A stretch of 63,607 nucleotides of DNA, the filler included. It is 9 parts of 9 records of this genome, joined end to end, with 100 filler letters (N's around TTAATTAATTAA, not from the genome) between each part and the next. Parts side by side here need not be neighbours in the genome. Positions count along the whole stretch, not along the records: positions 15,184 to 26,749 come from SRR31156797_50052; positions 26,850 to 32,129 come from SRR31156797_50074; positions 32,230 to 37,670 come from SRR31156797_50102; 6 more parts are not named here. One strand, given 5' to 3'. The notes under the pieces were generated by a model. It saw nothing but the letters and a program-made list of their open reading frames with translations, was not told the origin of the DNA and searched no databases. Shown here in pieces: positions 17,876 through 32,411 of the stretch. Both the position numbers and the translations under genes were made by a program. The number at the start of each line of letters is the position of its first letter. Position 1 is the first letter of the stretch.

Positions 17876-18601
17876 TTGGCCAACCCACTCCATCAGTTTG
17901 AAATCACCAAGATTGCGCCTATCGAAATCGGCGGAATCGATGCGTCGCTGACCAATTCCGGCGTTTTCATGATCCTTTCGGTCGCCGCCGTCATCGGGTT
18001 CCTGGTTTTCGGCATGCGGTCCCGTTCGACGGTGCCGGGCCGCTGGCAATCAATGGCCGAACTGAGCTACGAGTTCGTCGCCGGGATGGTGCGCGACAAT
18101 GTCGGCCAGGAAGGACGCCCCTATTTCCCGTTCATCTTCTCGCTGTTCATGTTCATCCTGTTCGGCAACCTGATCGGGCTTATCCCCTACAGTTTCACCT
18201 TTACCAGCCACATCATCGTCACTTTCGCGATGGCGGCTTTCGTATTTGTCGCCGTGACCATCATCGGCGTCGTTCGGCACAAGATGCATTTCTTCACCTT
18301 CTTCATGCCGAAGGGCGTGCCGATGGTGATGGCGCCGCTGCTGATCCCGATCGAGGTCCTGTCCTATCTGTCGCGCCCGGTAAGCCTGTCGATCCGGCTA
18401 TTCGCGAACATGATGGCGGGGCACACGATGATGAAGGTCTTCGCCGGTTTCGTCGTGCCGCTGGGCATCATCGGCGGCTGGGCGCCGTTGACTGTCGACG
18501 TGGCGCTGACCGGATTTGAATTTTTGGTGGCGTTCCTGCAGGCCTATGTGTTCACGATTCTGACCTGCCTATATCTGAACGACGCCATTCATCTTCACTA
18601 G
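17876..18601 (+). CDS. atpB: ATP synthase F0 subunit a (TTG start)
   Basis: 'PGRWQ', 'SLSIRLFANMMAGH', 'LQAYVF'. Confidence 0.97.
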   Translation: MANPLHQFEITKIAPIEIGGIDASLTNSGVFMILSVAAVIGFLVFGMRSRSTVPGRWQSMAELSYEFVAGMVRDNVGQEGRPYFPFIFSLFMFILFGNLIGLIPYSFTFTSHIIVTFAMAAFVFVAVTIIGVVRHKMHFFTFFMPKGVPMVMAPLLIPIEVLSYLSRPVSLSIRLFANMMAGHTMMKVFAGFVVPLGIIGGWAPLTVDVALTGFEFLVAFLQAYVFTILTCLYLNDAIHLH

Positions 18602-18649
18602 TTTGCAAAACGAAATTCTGATCAATTAACCAAAAGAGGTAATGGGACC

Positions 18650-18874
18650 ATGGAACTTGCTGCCGCGAAAATGATTGGAGCGGGCCTCGCCGTCATCGGT
18701 CTGGGCGGAGTGGGCGCCGGTATCGGCAACATCTTCTCGTCGTTGATCGGCTCCATTGCGCGCAATCCGGCCGCGCGTTCGCAGGTGTTCGGCTTGGCCA
18801 TGCTGGGCTTCGCGCTTGTCGAGGCCGTCGCGCTGTACGCGCTGCTGATCTCGTTCTTGATCCTTTTCACCTAG
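18650..18874 (+). CDS. atpE: ATP synthase F0 subunit c
   Basis: GxGxGxG, 'ARNP', carboxyl residue in 'ALVEA'. Confidence 0.97.
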   Translation: MELAAAKMIGAGLAVIGLGGVGAGIGNIFSSLIGSIARNPAARSQVFGLAMLGFALVEAVALYALLISFLILFT

Positions 18875-18942
18875 GGATCCTGCCGGCCGGCCGGAACGCG
18901 TGTCCGGCCTTCGCCGCTTGGCGTCATTCGCAGGAGCGTGAC

Positions 18943-19515
18943 ATGCGGAACATCCCCTGGAAACAGGCGGTTATCCTGGTCGGTGCTTTCGGCATCTTGG
19001 CTTCGCCGGCGCTTGCCGCGGGTCTGCCGCAGCTTGACCCGACGAACTTCGCGCCACAGCTTGTCTGGCTCGTCATCACCTTCGTGGTGCTCTACCTGCT
19101 GATGTCGCGGGTCGCTTTGCCGCGCATCACCGAGGTGCTGGAAAAACGTCAGACCCGCATTGAAGGCAGCCTGGAACGTGCTGAAATCCTGAAATCTGAG
19201 GCCGAAGCGGTGCTGGAGGCCTACGACAAGGCGATGGCGGACGCCAGAATGGCAGCCCAGGCCGTCCTTGCCGAAGCCAGGGAAAAACACACGGCCGAAG
19301 CCGCCGCCCGTCACGCCGAATTGGCGGAACGCATCGGCACCGAAGTGGCGGCCGCCGAAAAGCGCATAGACGAAGCCAAGGGTGCGGCGTTGGCCAACCT
19401 GCGTGAAATGGCCGGCGAGGTCGCCAACGACGCGGCCAAACGGCTGACCGGCCAAGCCCCGGACAAAAAGGCGGTCAAGGCGGCACTCGACAGCATTCTG
19501 AAGGAGCGCGGCTGA
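18943..19515 (+). CDS. atpG: ATP synthase F0 subunit b'
   Basis: 'GLPQLD..FAPQLVWL', 'LPRI', coiled coil. Confidence 0.9.
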   Translation: MRNIPWKQAVILVGAFGILASPALAAGLPQLDPTNFAPQLVWLVITFVVLYLLMSRVALPRITEVLEKRQTRIEGSLERAEILKSEAEAVLEAYDKAMADARMAAQAVLAEAREKHTAEAAARHAELAERIGTEVAAAEKRIDEAKGAALANLREMAGEVANDAAKRLTGQAPDKKAVKAALDSILKERG

Positions 19516-20042
19516 TGGTTGCGATGGCAGCGGAAACGGCCGGCGAACACGCCTTGTCCTTCTGGGAAACGCCGGAATTCTGGGTGGCAATCGCCTTTGT
19601 CATCCTGATCGCGCTGGCCGGCCGCAAGATCATGCGGGCGATCACGACCGGATTGGATTCCCGGGCCGAAAACATCCGCAATCGCGTCGATGAGGCCGAG
19701 CGCCTTCGCGACGAGGCGAAGGAACTTCTGGCCTCGTACCAGGGCAAGAAGGAACAAGCGGTAAAAGAGGCCGAGGAAATGGCCGCCCGTGCCGGTGCGG
19801 AAGCAAAGCGGTTGTCCGAACGCGCCGCCGAAGACCTGGAACGCTCGCTACAACGGCGCGAACAGCTGGCCATGGACCGTATCGCCCAGGCCGAAGCAGC
19901 GGCGGTGGACGAGGTTCGCAACGTCGCCATCGACGTGGCGCTGGAGGCAACCCGCCGGATGCTGGCGGAAGACCTTCCGGAAGACAAGGCCGACGCCCTG
20001 GTCAACGACGCGATCAAGGAGCTTCCCGGCAAGCTGCACTGA
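19515..20042 (+). CDS. atpF: ATP synthase F0 subunit b
   Basis: 'PEFWVAIAF', 'LDSRA..IR', coiled coil. Confidence 0.92.
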   Translation: MVAMAAETAGEHALSFWETPEFWVAIAFVILIALAGRKIMRAITTGLDSRAENIRNRVDEAERLRDEAKELLASYQGKKEQAVKEAEEMAARAGAEAKRLSERAAEDLERSLQRREQLAMDRIAQAEAAAVDEVRNVAIDVALEATRRMLAEDLPEDKADALVNDAIKELPGKLH

Positions 20043-20068
20043 TCCCGGTCGGGAAATGAAAATCACCG

Positions 20069-20097
20069 AAGGCGGCCTTGATGGCCGCCTTTGCTTT
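20069..20097. terminator. Terminator hairpin between convergent atpF and ligA
   Basis: AAGGCGGCC-TTGAT-GGCCGCCTT followed by TGCTTT. Confidence 0.7.
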
Positions 20098-20113
20098 GTG
20101 ACGCATCGCTTTT

Positions 20114-23877
<3,764 letters not shown>

Positions 23878-23890
23878 ACCGTCGATGGGC

Positions 23891-24757
23891 CTACCAAATT
23901 TTGTACCAGGGTTCTTTTTCTTCCTTGGTTTCGATCTTCTCGGCCTTCGGCGGGCCGTCGTCGCCCCAGAAATCGTACCAGGGCTTCTCGCGTGGGCGAA
24001 TTTCGGTCTGTTCGACGACTTCGTAGGAATCGATATACCATTCGCTTCCGGGGAAATTGTGGCCAAGCACGGCAGCGGTCCGTTGCGCATCGTCTGTCAG
24101 GCCAAGCGCCAAATAGGCTTCGGTCAGCCGATGCAGGGCTTCCGGAACGTGTGTCGTCTTTTGATAATTGTCGACCACCGCCTGGAAGCGGTTGATGGCG
24201 GCCAGATAGTGACCCTGGCGCAGGTAATAGCGGCCGATTTCCATGGTCTTGCCGGCAAGGTGGTCATAGGTCAGATCGAGCTTCACCTTGGCATCGCGGG
24301 CATAGCTGTTGCCAGGGAAGCGGGCCAGCAACTCCTCGAAGCTTTTTAACGCCAGTTGCGTCATTTTCTGGTCGCGCTTCACGTCCGAAATCTGCTCGTA
24401 GTAACACAGCCCTTTCAGATAGTAGGCATAGGGCGTGTCGCGATTCGACGGATGAAGCTGAATGAAGCGATCCAAAGCAACGATGGCATCGTCGTATTGG
24501 ACCCTCTGATAGTGGGCGTATGCCGCCATTAGCTGCGATTTCGTCGCCCAATTCGAATAGGGATGCTGTCGCTCGACCTCGTCGAACAAGTCAGCCGCCG
24601 AGGCAAATTGACCGCCCTGCAGGGCATCCATGGCGTCGTTGTAAATATCCTCGACCGGCCGCTCGACATACTCATCGGCGTCATCCGAGGAACACGCTGC
24701 AAGAACGAGCGCCAGTGCCACCGAAATGATTCTTAAACGAGAAAACAAGTGAAACAT
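23891..24757 (-). CDS. bamD: Outer membrane protein assembly lipoprotein BamD
   Basis: Lipobox LAAC; TPRs; 'RDQ', 'AAINRF', 'EALHRL'. Confidence 0.95.
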   Translation of the reverse strand: MFHLFSRLRIISVALALVLAACSSDDADEYVERPVEDIYNDAMDALQGGQFASAADLFDEVERQHPYSNWATKSQLMAAYAHYQRVQYDDAIVALDRFIQLHPSNRDTPYAYYLKGLCYYEQISDVKRDQKMTQLALKSFEELLARFPGNSYARDAKVKLDLTYDHLAGKTMEIGRYYLRQGHYLAAINRFQAVVDNYQKTTHVPEALHRLTEAYLALGLTDDAQRTAAVLGHNFPGSEWYIDSYEVVEQTEIRPREKPWYDFWGDDGPPKAEKIETKEEKEPWYKIW

Positions 24758-24921
24758 CCTATCGAACCGTCATCGCGCAACAACGTCCGGGCATCGTGCT
24801 TTCGCCCGAGAGGCGGACTATATCACGGCACGGAAAAAAAAGTCTTCAACCTGATGTGAGGGCGCGCGCCATTTGTGCCCGCAAAGCACCATCGAGAGGA
24901 ACGATTTAGCGAAAGGATGGA

Positions 24922-25908
24922 TTACCCGGCGGCTGCCAGGCTAATTGGCGCATCGTCGGCAATCGGAAAGACGGCGGCATCGGCATCTTCGATCGACACC
25001 GTGTCGTAACACCAAGCTTCCGGATCCGCAAACAGGGCACGCAACAGCTTGTTGGTCACCGCATGGCCGGCCCTGCGGCCATGGTAACGGCCGATGATCG
25101 GCCCACCGGCGTTGTAAAGGTCACCGACGGCGTCAAGCGCCTTGTGGCGGACGAATTCGTCGTCGTAACGAAGGCCTTCGCTGTTCATGACCTTGTCGCC
25201 GCTGACGACGATCACGTTGTCGAAAGAACCGCCGCGGGCAAGGCCGTTTTCCCAAAGCCGTTCGACATCCTGCAGGAACCCGAAAGTACGGGCCCGGCAC
25301 AGTTCCTTTTTGAAGGTTCCGTTGACTAGACCGAGGGTAATTTCCTGGCGGCCGATGGCCGAGCTGTCAAAATCGATCTCGAAACCGACCGAGAAACCGC
25401 CGGCCGGATAAAGCGTCGCCTCGGCATCGCCATCCTCAACCGTCACCGGTTTCAGGATCCGAATGCCCCGACGCGGAACACCCTGATCAAGGATACCGGC
25501 GCATTCGATCAAAAATACGAACGGCTCAGAACTTCCGTCCATCACCGGGACTTCCGCACCGTTGATTTCGACTTCGGCATTATCGATATGGCATCCGGCA
25601 AAAGCCGCCATCAGATGTTCGATCGTTCCGATGGAAACGCCGTCTTCATTACCGATCGCCGTGCACATGCGCGTATCGACGACATGGTCCCAACGCGCCG
25701 GAATGATCGCGCCTTGACCGCCAATATCGGTTCGCTTGAAAACAATGCCGGTGTTGGGTTCGGAGGGGTTCAAAGTCATGGTGACTTTGGTGCCGGAATG
25801 CAGAGCGACGCCAGTACAGCAAATCGAGCTTTTCAGCGTTTTCTGAGTCTCGACTTTTACTTGCCTCGGCTGGTCAACCGTCTTGGGCCTAATCTTAGAA
25901 AACCCCAT
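24922..25908 (-). CDS. lpxC: UDP-3-O-acyl-GlcNAc deacetylase
   Basis: 'LHSG', 'TIEHL', 'ARTFGF', '[10 protein letters not shown]'. Confidence 0.97.
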   Translation of the reverse strand: MGFSKIRPKTVDQPRQVKVETQKTLKSSICCTGVALHSGTKVTMTLNPSEPNTGIVFKRTDIGGQGAIIPARWDHVVDTRMCTAIGNEDGVSIGTIEHLMAAFAGCHIDNAEVEINGAEVPVMDGSSEPFVFLIECAGILDQGVPRRGIRILKPVTVEDGDAEATLYPAGGFSVGFEIDFDSSAIGRQEITLGLVNGTFKKELCRARTFGFLQDVERLWENGLARGGSFDNVIVVSGDKVMNSEGLRYDDEFVRHKALDAVGDLYNAGGPIIGRYHGRRAGHAVTNKLLRALFADPEAWCYDTVSIEDADAAVFPIADDAPISLAAAG

Positions 25909-25986
25909 ATTTTTCTGCTTTTCCTAACCGCCCATCCAATCACTCTGCTTATTCTATGGAATGATTACTTAAGAAAGTAAGAAACA

Positions 25987-26029
25987 GAGTGCCTCGAGGA
26001 TGTTTTTAGCAAGCGTCCTCGAGGCACTC
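25987..26029. terminator. Long inverted repeat between ftsZ and lpxC
   Basis: GAGTGCCTCGAGGA ... TCCTCGAGGCACTC, 14-bp perfect arms. Confidence 0.6.
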
Positions 26030-26076
26030 AAATCAATCATTGTTTCCAAATGTTTCGATGACTCAGAGACTTAGCA

Positions 26077-26749
26077 TCAATTCGCCTGCCGTCTCAGGAA
26101 CGCCGGAATATCCAGCAAGTCATCGCCCGACTGTGTTTCGGGAATCCGGTCCGTCGGGTCCAGTCCGCCGATTTCGGATTGCGCCGTTTCCGGTTTGGCG
26201 GGTTCCGTTTCCGGCTTTGCCGCACGCCCGGTTCCAGTCACTTTTTCGAACAGGCTGAGGCCGCGTTTGCGGACGGTCTTGGCTTCCGGTGCTGCACCGT
26301 TGGCCATCGCCGCCCCGGCAAAAGGATCCGCCGCTTTCGCTTCGGGAACGGTGTTTTTATCGATCGGCGGCGCCGGGATAAAGGCTTCGGCCGCATTGAT
26401 CGCCGGTGTCGCCGGCGGAGGCGGTGCCTGCCCGGAATCGGCGGTGACAAAGGCGTCGATGGCACCAATATCGTCGGTACCGGTTGCCGCGATGGCCGGA
26501 ACTTCACCGACATCCGCTTCGGATTCCGGCTCCGCCTCGGCGACAATTTTCTCCGCTTCCGCTTCCGGTTCCGTCTGCACTTCCGGCACATCTTGCTCTT
26601 CGTGCGTTTCCAGTGCGTTGGCGATGGTTTCGGCAATCGCCGTGATCGGTACGACCGCAGCCACTCCGTCGCCGGTTTCATTTGCCGCATGTTCGGTCGG
26701 GACCGCTTTCGGCGCCGGCCGCGCGCGCGGCCCGACAACGAGTTGCACC
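26077..26749 (-). CDS. ftsZ: Cell division protein FtsZ, C-terminal linker and core peptide (5'-truncated)
   Basis: Ends 'DLLDIPAFLRRQAN'; upstream of lpxC. Confidence 0.93.
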
Positions 26750-26849
26750 NNNNNNNNNNNNNNNNNNNNNNNNNNNNNNNNNNNNNNNNNNNNTTAATTA
26801 ATTAANNNNNNNNNNNNNNNNNNNNNNNNNNNNNNNNNNNNNNNNNNNN
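26750..26849. other. Artificial contig spacer 3
   Basis: N44-TTAATTAATTAA-N44. Confidence 0.99.
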
Positions 26850-26850
26850 G

Positions 26851-27168
26851 GATGAATTTTACATTTGCCCTCGAAGCAAAGAAGAAATAAAGGATATTGT
26901 AATTTTTATTAATCACTCGTGCGACCCGAACATTGGCATGGATGGACAGATTAATTACGTAGCCATGCGCGACATAAAAGCAGGCGAGGAATTGTGTATG
27001 GATTATGCCATGGCTATTTCTGGAGAATACAGACTGGACTGCAAATGCGGAAGTGCTAAATGCCGGGGCGTAATAAGCGGAAAAGACTGGATGAACAAGA
27101 ACCTGCAAAAAGAATACGGCCGCTACTTTTCCTGGTTTATTTACAAAAAATTCAAGTATCAGAAATAA
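26851..27168 (+). CDS. SET-domain protein-lysine methyltransferase with post-SET, 5'-truncated
   Basis: 'FINHSCDPN', 'RDIKAGEELCMDY', 'CKCGSAKCRG'. Confidence 0.92.
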   Translation, partial: DEFYICPRSKEEIKDIVIFINHSCDPNIGMDGQINYVAMRDIKAGEELCMDYAMAISGEYRLDCKCGSAKCRGVISGKDWMNKNLQKEYGRYFSWFIYKKFKYQK

Positions 27169-27182
27169 GCCAAAATAAGCAC

Positions 27183-28049
27183 TTATACTCCGGCCTTTCC
27201 TCCAAAATAAGTTACCTGAAGCCTTGGCGTATACCTGTAACCGTACTTAATTGAAGTTTCCATGGCCATTAAACGGGTTTGTGCCAGTTCTTCGGGTGAA
27301 GAGCCCAGTGGCATTAACACCACATCTTCGGTTTTCCACCCGGCTAAGCGTGTAAGGTACTGCTCCTTTATTTCATTAATTTCCTGCCCATCGCTGATCA
27401 CAAATTTCAATTGAAAGTCTTTTTCAATGACTTTGTTGCACAAATCGATGTAAGCTTGCACCACCGGAATGTTAATTTGCAATTTTTTAAAACTATCAGG
27501 ATCGGCTGGCAATACAACGCCTAACTTTTCCACTTTTTGCCGGTCGGGCATAGCGTTCTTTAATTTTGGCGATAAACTAAAAAAGTCAACGAGCTTGGCC
27601 AGTTCAGGATTAAAAATAGTTCCATTGGTTTCAATCGACACCTTTAATTGCGGCTTCGCAGCTTTAACCTCCTTCAACAAATCAATAAGGGCATCGGCCT
27701 GTAACAATGGTTCTCCACCCGAAACAATCAGCAGCGGAATATTTCCCAGGTTATGAATGATTTTTTGTGCCACCACACTTACTTCCTCCCTGGTTTCATG
27801 ATCGGTTTTAAATGATGCATGCCAGGTATCGCAAATGCTTAACTCGCCGTTTGGCAGTTCCCACATACAACGCAGGTTACATCCCGATAAACGCAGGAAC
27901 AAAGATGGAACACCTGCCATTTTTCCTTCACCCTGAATGGTTCCGGGAATTGTAAATCCGGTTGCCGGTCCATCCAGAAGCAGGTTTCCTTCAGCATCCT
28001 TTGTAACCGGGAAAACACCTTCGGGTGCTACAAACAAATATTTGCTCAT
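27183..28049 (-). CDS. queE: 7-carboxy-7-deazaguanine synthase (radical SAM)
   Basis: 'TIQGEG', '[10 protein letters not shown]', 'SGGEPL', 'IETNGT', 'SPKL'; coupled to queC. Confidence 0.9.
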   Translation of the reverse strand: MSKYLFVAPEGVFPVTKDAEGNLLLDGPATGFTIPGTIQGEGKMAGVPSLFLRLSGCNLRCMWELPNGELSICDTWHASFKTDHETREEVSVVAQKIIHNLGNIPLLIVSGGEPLLQADALIDLLKEVKAAKPQLKVSIETNGTIFNPELAKLVDFFSLSPKLKNAMPDRQKVEKLGVVLPADPDSFKKLQINIPVVQAYIDLCNKVIEKDFQLKFVISDGQEINEIKEQYLTRLAGWKTEDVVLMPLGSSPEELAQTRLMAMETSIKYGYRYTPRLQVTYFGGKAGV

Positions 28050-28729
28050 GCCTCATCCTCCAATGTAAGAGCCGTGTCGACTACCCCGGCTTCGGCAAAA
28101 GCTTTGGCACGTAGTAAACAACTGTCGCAGGTGCCACATGGTTTTTCACCTCCCCTATAACACGACCAGGTTTTACTAAAATCAACCTTTAGCTCGGCCC
28201 CAAGTTTAATCTCTTCAGCTTTACTTTTGTACAAAAACGGAGCATGAATTGTTATTGGCTTATCCTCTTCAACTGCCATAACAGTACCCTGGTTAATGGC
28301 ATTCTCCATGGCTTTTATAAAACTTTCGCGGCAATCTACATACCCCGAATAATCCACTTGGCTTACACCAATAAAAATATCCTGGGCTCCAATCGACTCG
28401 GCATAAGAGGCGGCTACCGATAAAAATACCATGTTACGTGCCGGAACATAAGTCTGCGGAATATCTGTTCGATCAGCATCACCATCTTCCACCATCACAT
28501 CGGGGTTGGTAAGTGAACTTTGGCTCCCCAGGTTCAAATTCAGGCTTACAATTTTGTGCTCAGCTACACCAACAACACTGGCAGAGGCCTTGGCACACTC
28601 CAGTTCTGTATTGTGCTTTTGCCCATAATCAAAAGAAAGTGCGTAGGTTTCAAATCCCTTGTTTTGGGCCAGATAAAGTGCTATGGTTGAATCTAATCCC
28701 CCCGAAAGCAAAACAACAGCTTTCTTCAT
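28046..28729 (-). CDS. queC: 7-cyano-7-deazaguanine synthase
   Basis: 'LSGGLDS', 'YVPARN', 'GYVDCR', 'TWSCY..CGTCDSC'. Confidence 0.97.
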   Translation of the reverse strand: MKKAVVLLSGGLDSTIALYLAQNKGFETYALSFDYGQKHNTELECAKASASVVGVAEHKIVSLNLNLGSQSSLTNPDVMVEDGDADRTDIPQTYVPARNMVFLSVAASYAESIGAQDIFIGVSQVDYSGYVDCRESFIKAMENAINQGTVMAVEEDKPITIHAPFLYKSKAEEIKLGAELKVDFSKTWSCYRGGEKPCGTCDSCLLRAKAFAEAGVVDTALTLEDEA

Positions 28730-29084
28730 TACTGAACGGTATTTACAAATTGAATATTAAAACCGAAGCCTGGGACAACTTCAACGGCAGAACATGCCTT
28801 AATGTTTATTTTTCTGATCATATCCCTAGTTTTTTTTATAGACAGGATGGTTTCGAACTGTCTGTATTTATTTTGGCGCAAAGGAAAACATATTTTACGG
28901 TTTGTGCAAGATATTGCGACCAATAGTACTGATCTTAAGTATCGATGGTTTGGGAAGCATATCAAAACAAATCAAACAATCTTTTAATTGACATAAGATT
29001 TTTATCTAAAATAAAATTAACTTTAAACAATCCGAAAGGCAACAATACAAGACCTAAAAAAACAACCTAATAAATTAAACCACT

Positions 29085-30254
29085 ATGAAAGGAATTACTT
29101 TTTTTATTGCAAGTTTTTTTCTGTTTGGGGTACTAAATGCCCAACAAAACATTGGAATTAAAAACAAAAAAATTGTTTCGCCACAAGTTAACAGCGACAA
29201 TACGGTAACCTTTAGATTAAATGCCCCTGAGGCAAAACAGGTGATTGTTACCGGCGATTGGGAAATAAATAAGGGAAAACTTGTTATGAGCAAAGATGGC
29301 TCAGGCATTTGGACAGCAACCAGCAGCATTCTGTCGTCGGATCTCTACCGTTATAATTTTAACATTGATGGTGTGCGCATATTGGATCCTGCTAACCCGT
29401 ACCAGTTTAGAGACGTTGACTGGCTTTTTAGCTCTTTTGTTATCCGAAACGGAAATGGCGACTATTACTGTGTAAACGATACAAAACATGGCACAGTAAT
29501 TAAAACTTGGTATTACTCGGATAATTACCAAAAAGACAGGAGGATTACAATATATACTCCTCCTGGTTATGAAACAAGGGACAAAAGGTATCCGGTTTTG
29601 TATTTGCTACATGGCAGTGGTGGCGATGAACAAGCCTGGGAAGAGCTAGGGCGGGTTAATCAGATTATAGATAACCTTATTTCGGAAAAATTAGCTGAAC
29701 CAATGCTAATAGTAATGCCCAATGGAAACCCTTCCAAACAAGCTGCTCCCGGTTTCACAAATGATAATTTTAATTATATCCCGGCCAGCAGTAAAACCTT
29801 CCCTGGCTATAAAGATGGATCTTATGAACGTTCTTTTGATGAAATTGTGGCTTTTATTGATTCAAACTACAGAACTATAAACAAAAAATCGGCCAGAGCG
29901 ATTGCCGGACTTTCTATGGGCGGCTTTCACACCTTAATGATCTCTGCCAATCATCCTACCTTATTCGATTATGTTGGACTATTCTCTCCGGGCTTAAACT
30001 ACAAATTTATCAACATGGAACTTCCAACCTATAAAAACCTGAACCAGAAACTGACAAAACAAAAAGAACTGGGATGTAAACTGTATTGGATTGCAATTGG
30101 GAAAGATGATTTTCTGTATGACCCAACCCAGGATTATATAAGGAATCTTAAAGAGTTAGATTTCCCATTTATATATGAAGAAACTTCACGTGGACACATT
30201 TGGTCAAACTGGAGAAACTATTTGATGGAATTTACCCCTCTTTTATTTCAATAA
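29085..30254 (+). CDS. Secreted CE1-type esterase with N-terminal Ig/CBM48-like domain
   Basis: Signal peptide; 'YTPPGY', 'YLLHGSGGDE', 'AGLSMGG', 'GHIW'. Confidence 0.9.
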   Translation: MKGITFFIASFFLFGVLNAQQNIGIKNKKIVSPQVNSDNTVTFRLNAPEAKQVIVTGDWEINKGKLVMSKDGSGIWTATSSILSSDLYRYNFNIDGVRILDPANPYQFRDVDWLFSSFVIRNGNGDYYCVNDTKHGTVIKTWYYSDNYQKDRRITIYTPPGYETRDKRYPVLYLLHGSGGDEQAWEELGRVNQIIDNLISEKLAEPMLIVMPNGNPSKQAAPGFTNDNFNYIPASSKTFPGYKDGSYERSFDEIVAFIDSNYRTINKKSARAIAGLSMGGFHTLMISANHPTLFDYVGLFSPGLNYKFINMELPTYKNLNQKLTKQKELGCKLYWIAIGKDDFLYDPTQDYIRNLKELDFPFIYEETSRGHIWSNWRNYLMEFTPLLFQ

Positions 30255-30405
30255 TAAGTATTTAAAGGACGAAAATATATTTACTGGGAGCGTAAATACG
30301 CTGGTAATTAACGCTTGATCCCCAATAAAAGAAACTTTTAAATACATAAAAAAACAAAAAAGCCATTCCAAGGGGGTATTCCCCAAAGACTGGCCACATA
30401 ACGAC

Positions 30406-30615
30406 TTAAAAAAAGCCTATAACGTATTGAATTTTAACGGCTTGCAGACCAGCTATGTTTGTGATTATAATTCTGTTGATTCCATTTAAGTTATCCATAT
30501 ATAACTTGTTTACTGCAGGATTTGGATATACTTTCAGGCTAGCTTCATCCATAGTTATCACATTACCCGGAATTTCATCAATAGACCAACTGTTCTGTAT
30601 ATTAAAACCAGACAT
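30406..30615 (-). pseudogene. Remnant of a T9SS type-A C-terminal sorting domain
   Basis: 'LKVYPNPAVNKLY...IIITNIAG' with no cargo and no intact C-terminal end. Confidence 0.55.
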
Positions 30616-30691
30616 ACTTGCTCCTGAAACCTTTTAAATCCTAATGGTTTTTTAGTAGATTCGACCTTTTATTTGATTTAATTTAAAAAGA

Positions 30692-32129
30692 ATGTATTTA
30701 CAACTGAAATCAACAGCTCTTCTCCAAATAACATTTTTGATTTTTCTATTTCAAACGGTTTCAACAAACTCTTTGGGTCAAACCGGCACATGGTACAGTA
30801 AAGTTACAGGCAGTAATGTTGCGTTTACTTCTGCAGAATCGGATACACCGCTTTTAGATTATTCGGATAAATATTTAACCGTGGTTTATCTAAAAAATAC
30901 GGGATTCAACAAAATTGGAGAAAATAAGAACGAAACCGATATTTCCTGGTTATTATCCCAGGGTTATCGTGTTATTCAATTGGATTATGCAAATAACGAG
31001 AAAGCAATTTCTCCAGGTATCAACCAGGATATTATTGCTATAAACGATGAAATTGCCAGTGGATCTTTTTGTGGGCACAGCAACTGTTCCCAGTACAGGT
31101 CTTATATATTGTTTGAAGGCTACCGGATTGCACGCGATGTTCCTTTTTTTGAGAACGATGCAACCGTTTACAACTACCCAAATTCTGTTTTTAAAGACTC
31201 GCTTCGTATGGACATTATTTACCCGGCAAATGCTTCGAACACCGTACCTCTGGTTCTTTCCTTTTCATATAGTAATAGCTCTGCCGGTAATGCTAATAAA
31301 AATCAGAGATTAAACCTGGGATATACATTAGCCGGGTTTAACGACTCTTTTCTTGAAGGAGCTCCTGCAAAAGGAATGGCGTGGGCTATTGCCGACCACC
31401 CTAAATATTGCCCATGGGGAAAAGGAAAACCTTTAGGAGGAGCAAATGATACTTATAAATCTTACCAGGTAAATCCTGATGCTGCTCAAAAGGTTAAAGC
31501 AGCTGTACGTACGATTCGATCGATGAAAGACAGCTTAGGGCTTTCTGGGAAAATTGGCATTTACGGTTTTTCTCGAGGATCGGATGCGGGATCAATGGCC
31601 ATTGGCGACCGCAGTGATTCGATTATGGAGAATGCTGGTTTTAACATAGGCGTTTCAGATGAGGTACAGGCTGCGCTTCTTGGCCCGGGAGTTTTTGATT
31701 TTACGCAAATTTACAACACACTTGACGATGGTGATGGAAATCTTGAGCTAAGGTGTCCCTGGGCTTGGGGAACGCTGGAAGACAACGATGACCTTTGGTA
31801 CTCGATGGGAGCCGCATACCTGGTTGAAACAAATGAAACTGCCCCTACCCTCTTTTTTTACAACGAGGACGACAGCCCTTACTACCAGGATCAAATCGCG
31901 AAATTCAAAAACAAGCTGGACAACCAAGGAGTAACCACAGAAACATTGGTTAATTATGGTTCGGGACATTCTGTTCCCCAAACAGATAATACATTAACAG
32001 TGCTTTACAACTTTTTAGACGAACATCTGACGTCACCGGTAACCGGCAGCAATATACTTTTAAACAAAAACACTAACAACCTGCCTCTTACCATATCTCC
32101 CAATCCGATACAGAATGAATTACAATTTA
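30692..32129 (+). CDS. Secreted alpha/beta-hydrolase-like protein with T9SS sorting domain, 3'-truncated
   Basis: Signal peptide; 'GFSRG' nucleophile elbow, 'GHSVP', 'ISPNP'. Confidence 0.72.
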
Positions 32130-32229
32130 NNNNNNNNNNNNNNNNNNNNNNNNNNNNNNNNNNNNNNNNNNNNTTAATTAATTAANNNNNNNNNNNNNNN
32201 NNNNNNNNNNNNNNNNNNNNNNNNNNNNN
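32130..32229. other. Artificial contig spacer 4
   Basis: N44-TTAATTAATTAA-N44. Confidence 0.99.
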
Positions 32230-32230
32230 C

Positions 32231-32410
32231 ATGATCGAGCCCACGGAAACCGAGTCCAAAGAAACCATTGACGAGTTCATCCAGGCCTTCAAGGATATCG
32301 CCAAGGAGGCCGAGGAAAACCCGGAACTGCTTCAGGCGGCCCCCAACCTTCCCAAGGTCAAGCGCATGGACGAGGTCTCGGCCGCGAGGAAACCGTGCCT
32401 CTGTGGATAA
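32231..32410 (+). CDS. gcvPB: Glycine dehydrogenase subunit 2, C-terminal fragment
   Basis: Translated by hand: [16 protein letters not shown]...[14 protein letters not shown]. Confidence 0.92.
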   Translation: MIEPTETESKETIDEFIQAFKDIAKEAEENPELLQAAPNLPKVKRMDEVSAARKPCLCG

Positions 32411-32411
32411 G

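Noticed and set aside
23878-24090. N-terminal extension of RecN
   Set aside because: Overlaps bamD; the canonical RecN start is at 23877.
27183-28729. queC/queE as a 7-deazaguanine DNA-modification (dpd) defence island
   Set aside because: No dpdA/tgt-like or other dpd genes on the contig; ordinary queuosine synthesis is sufficient.
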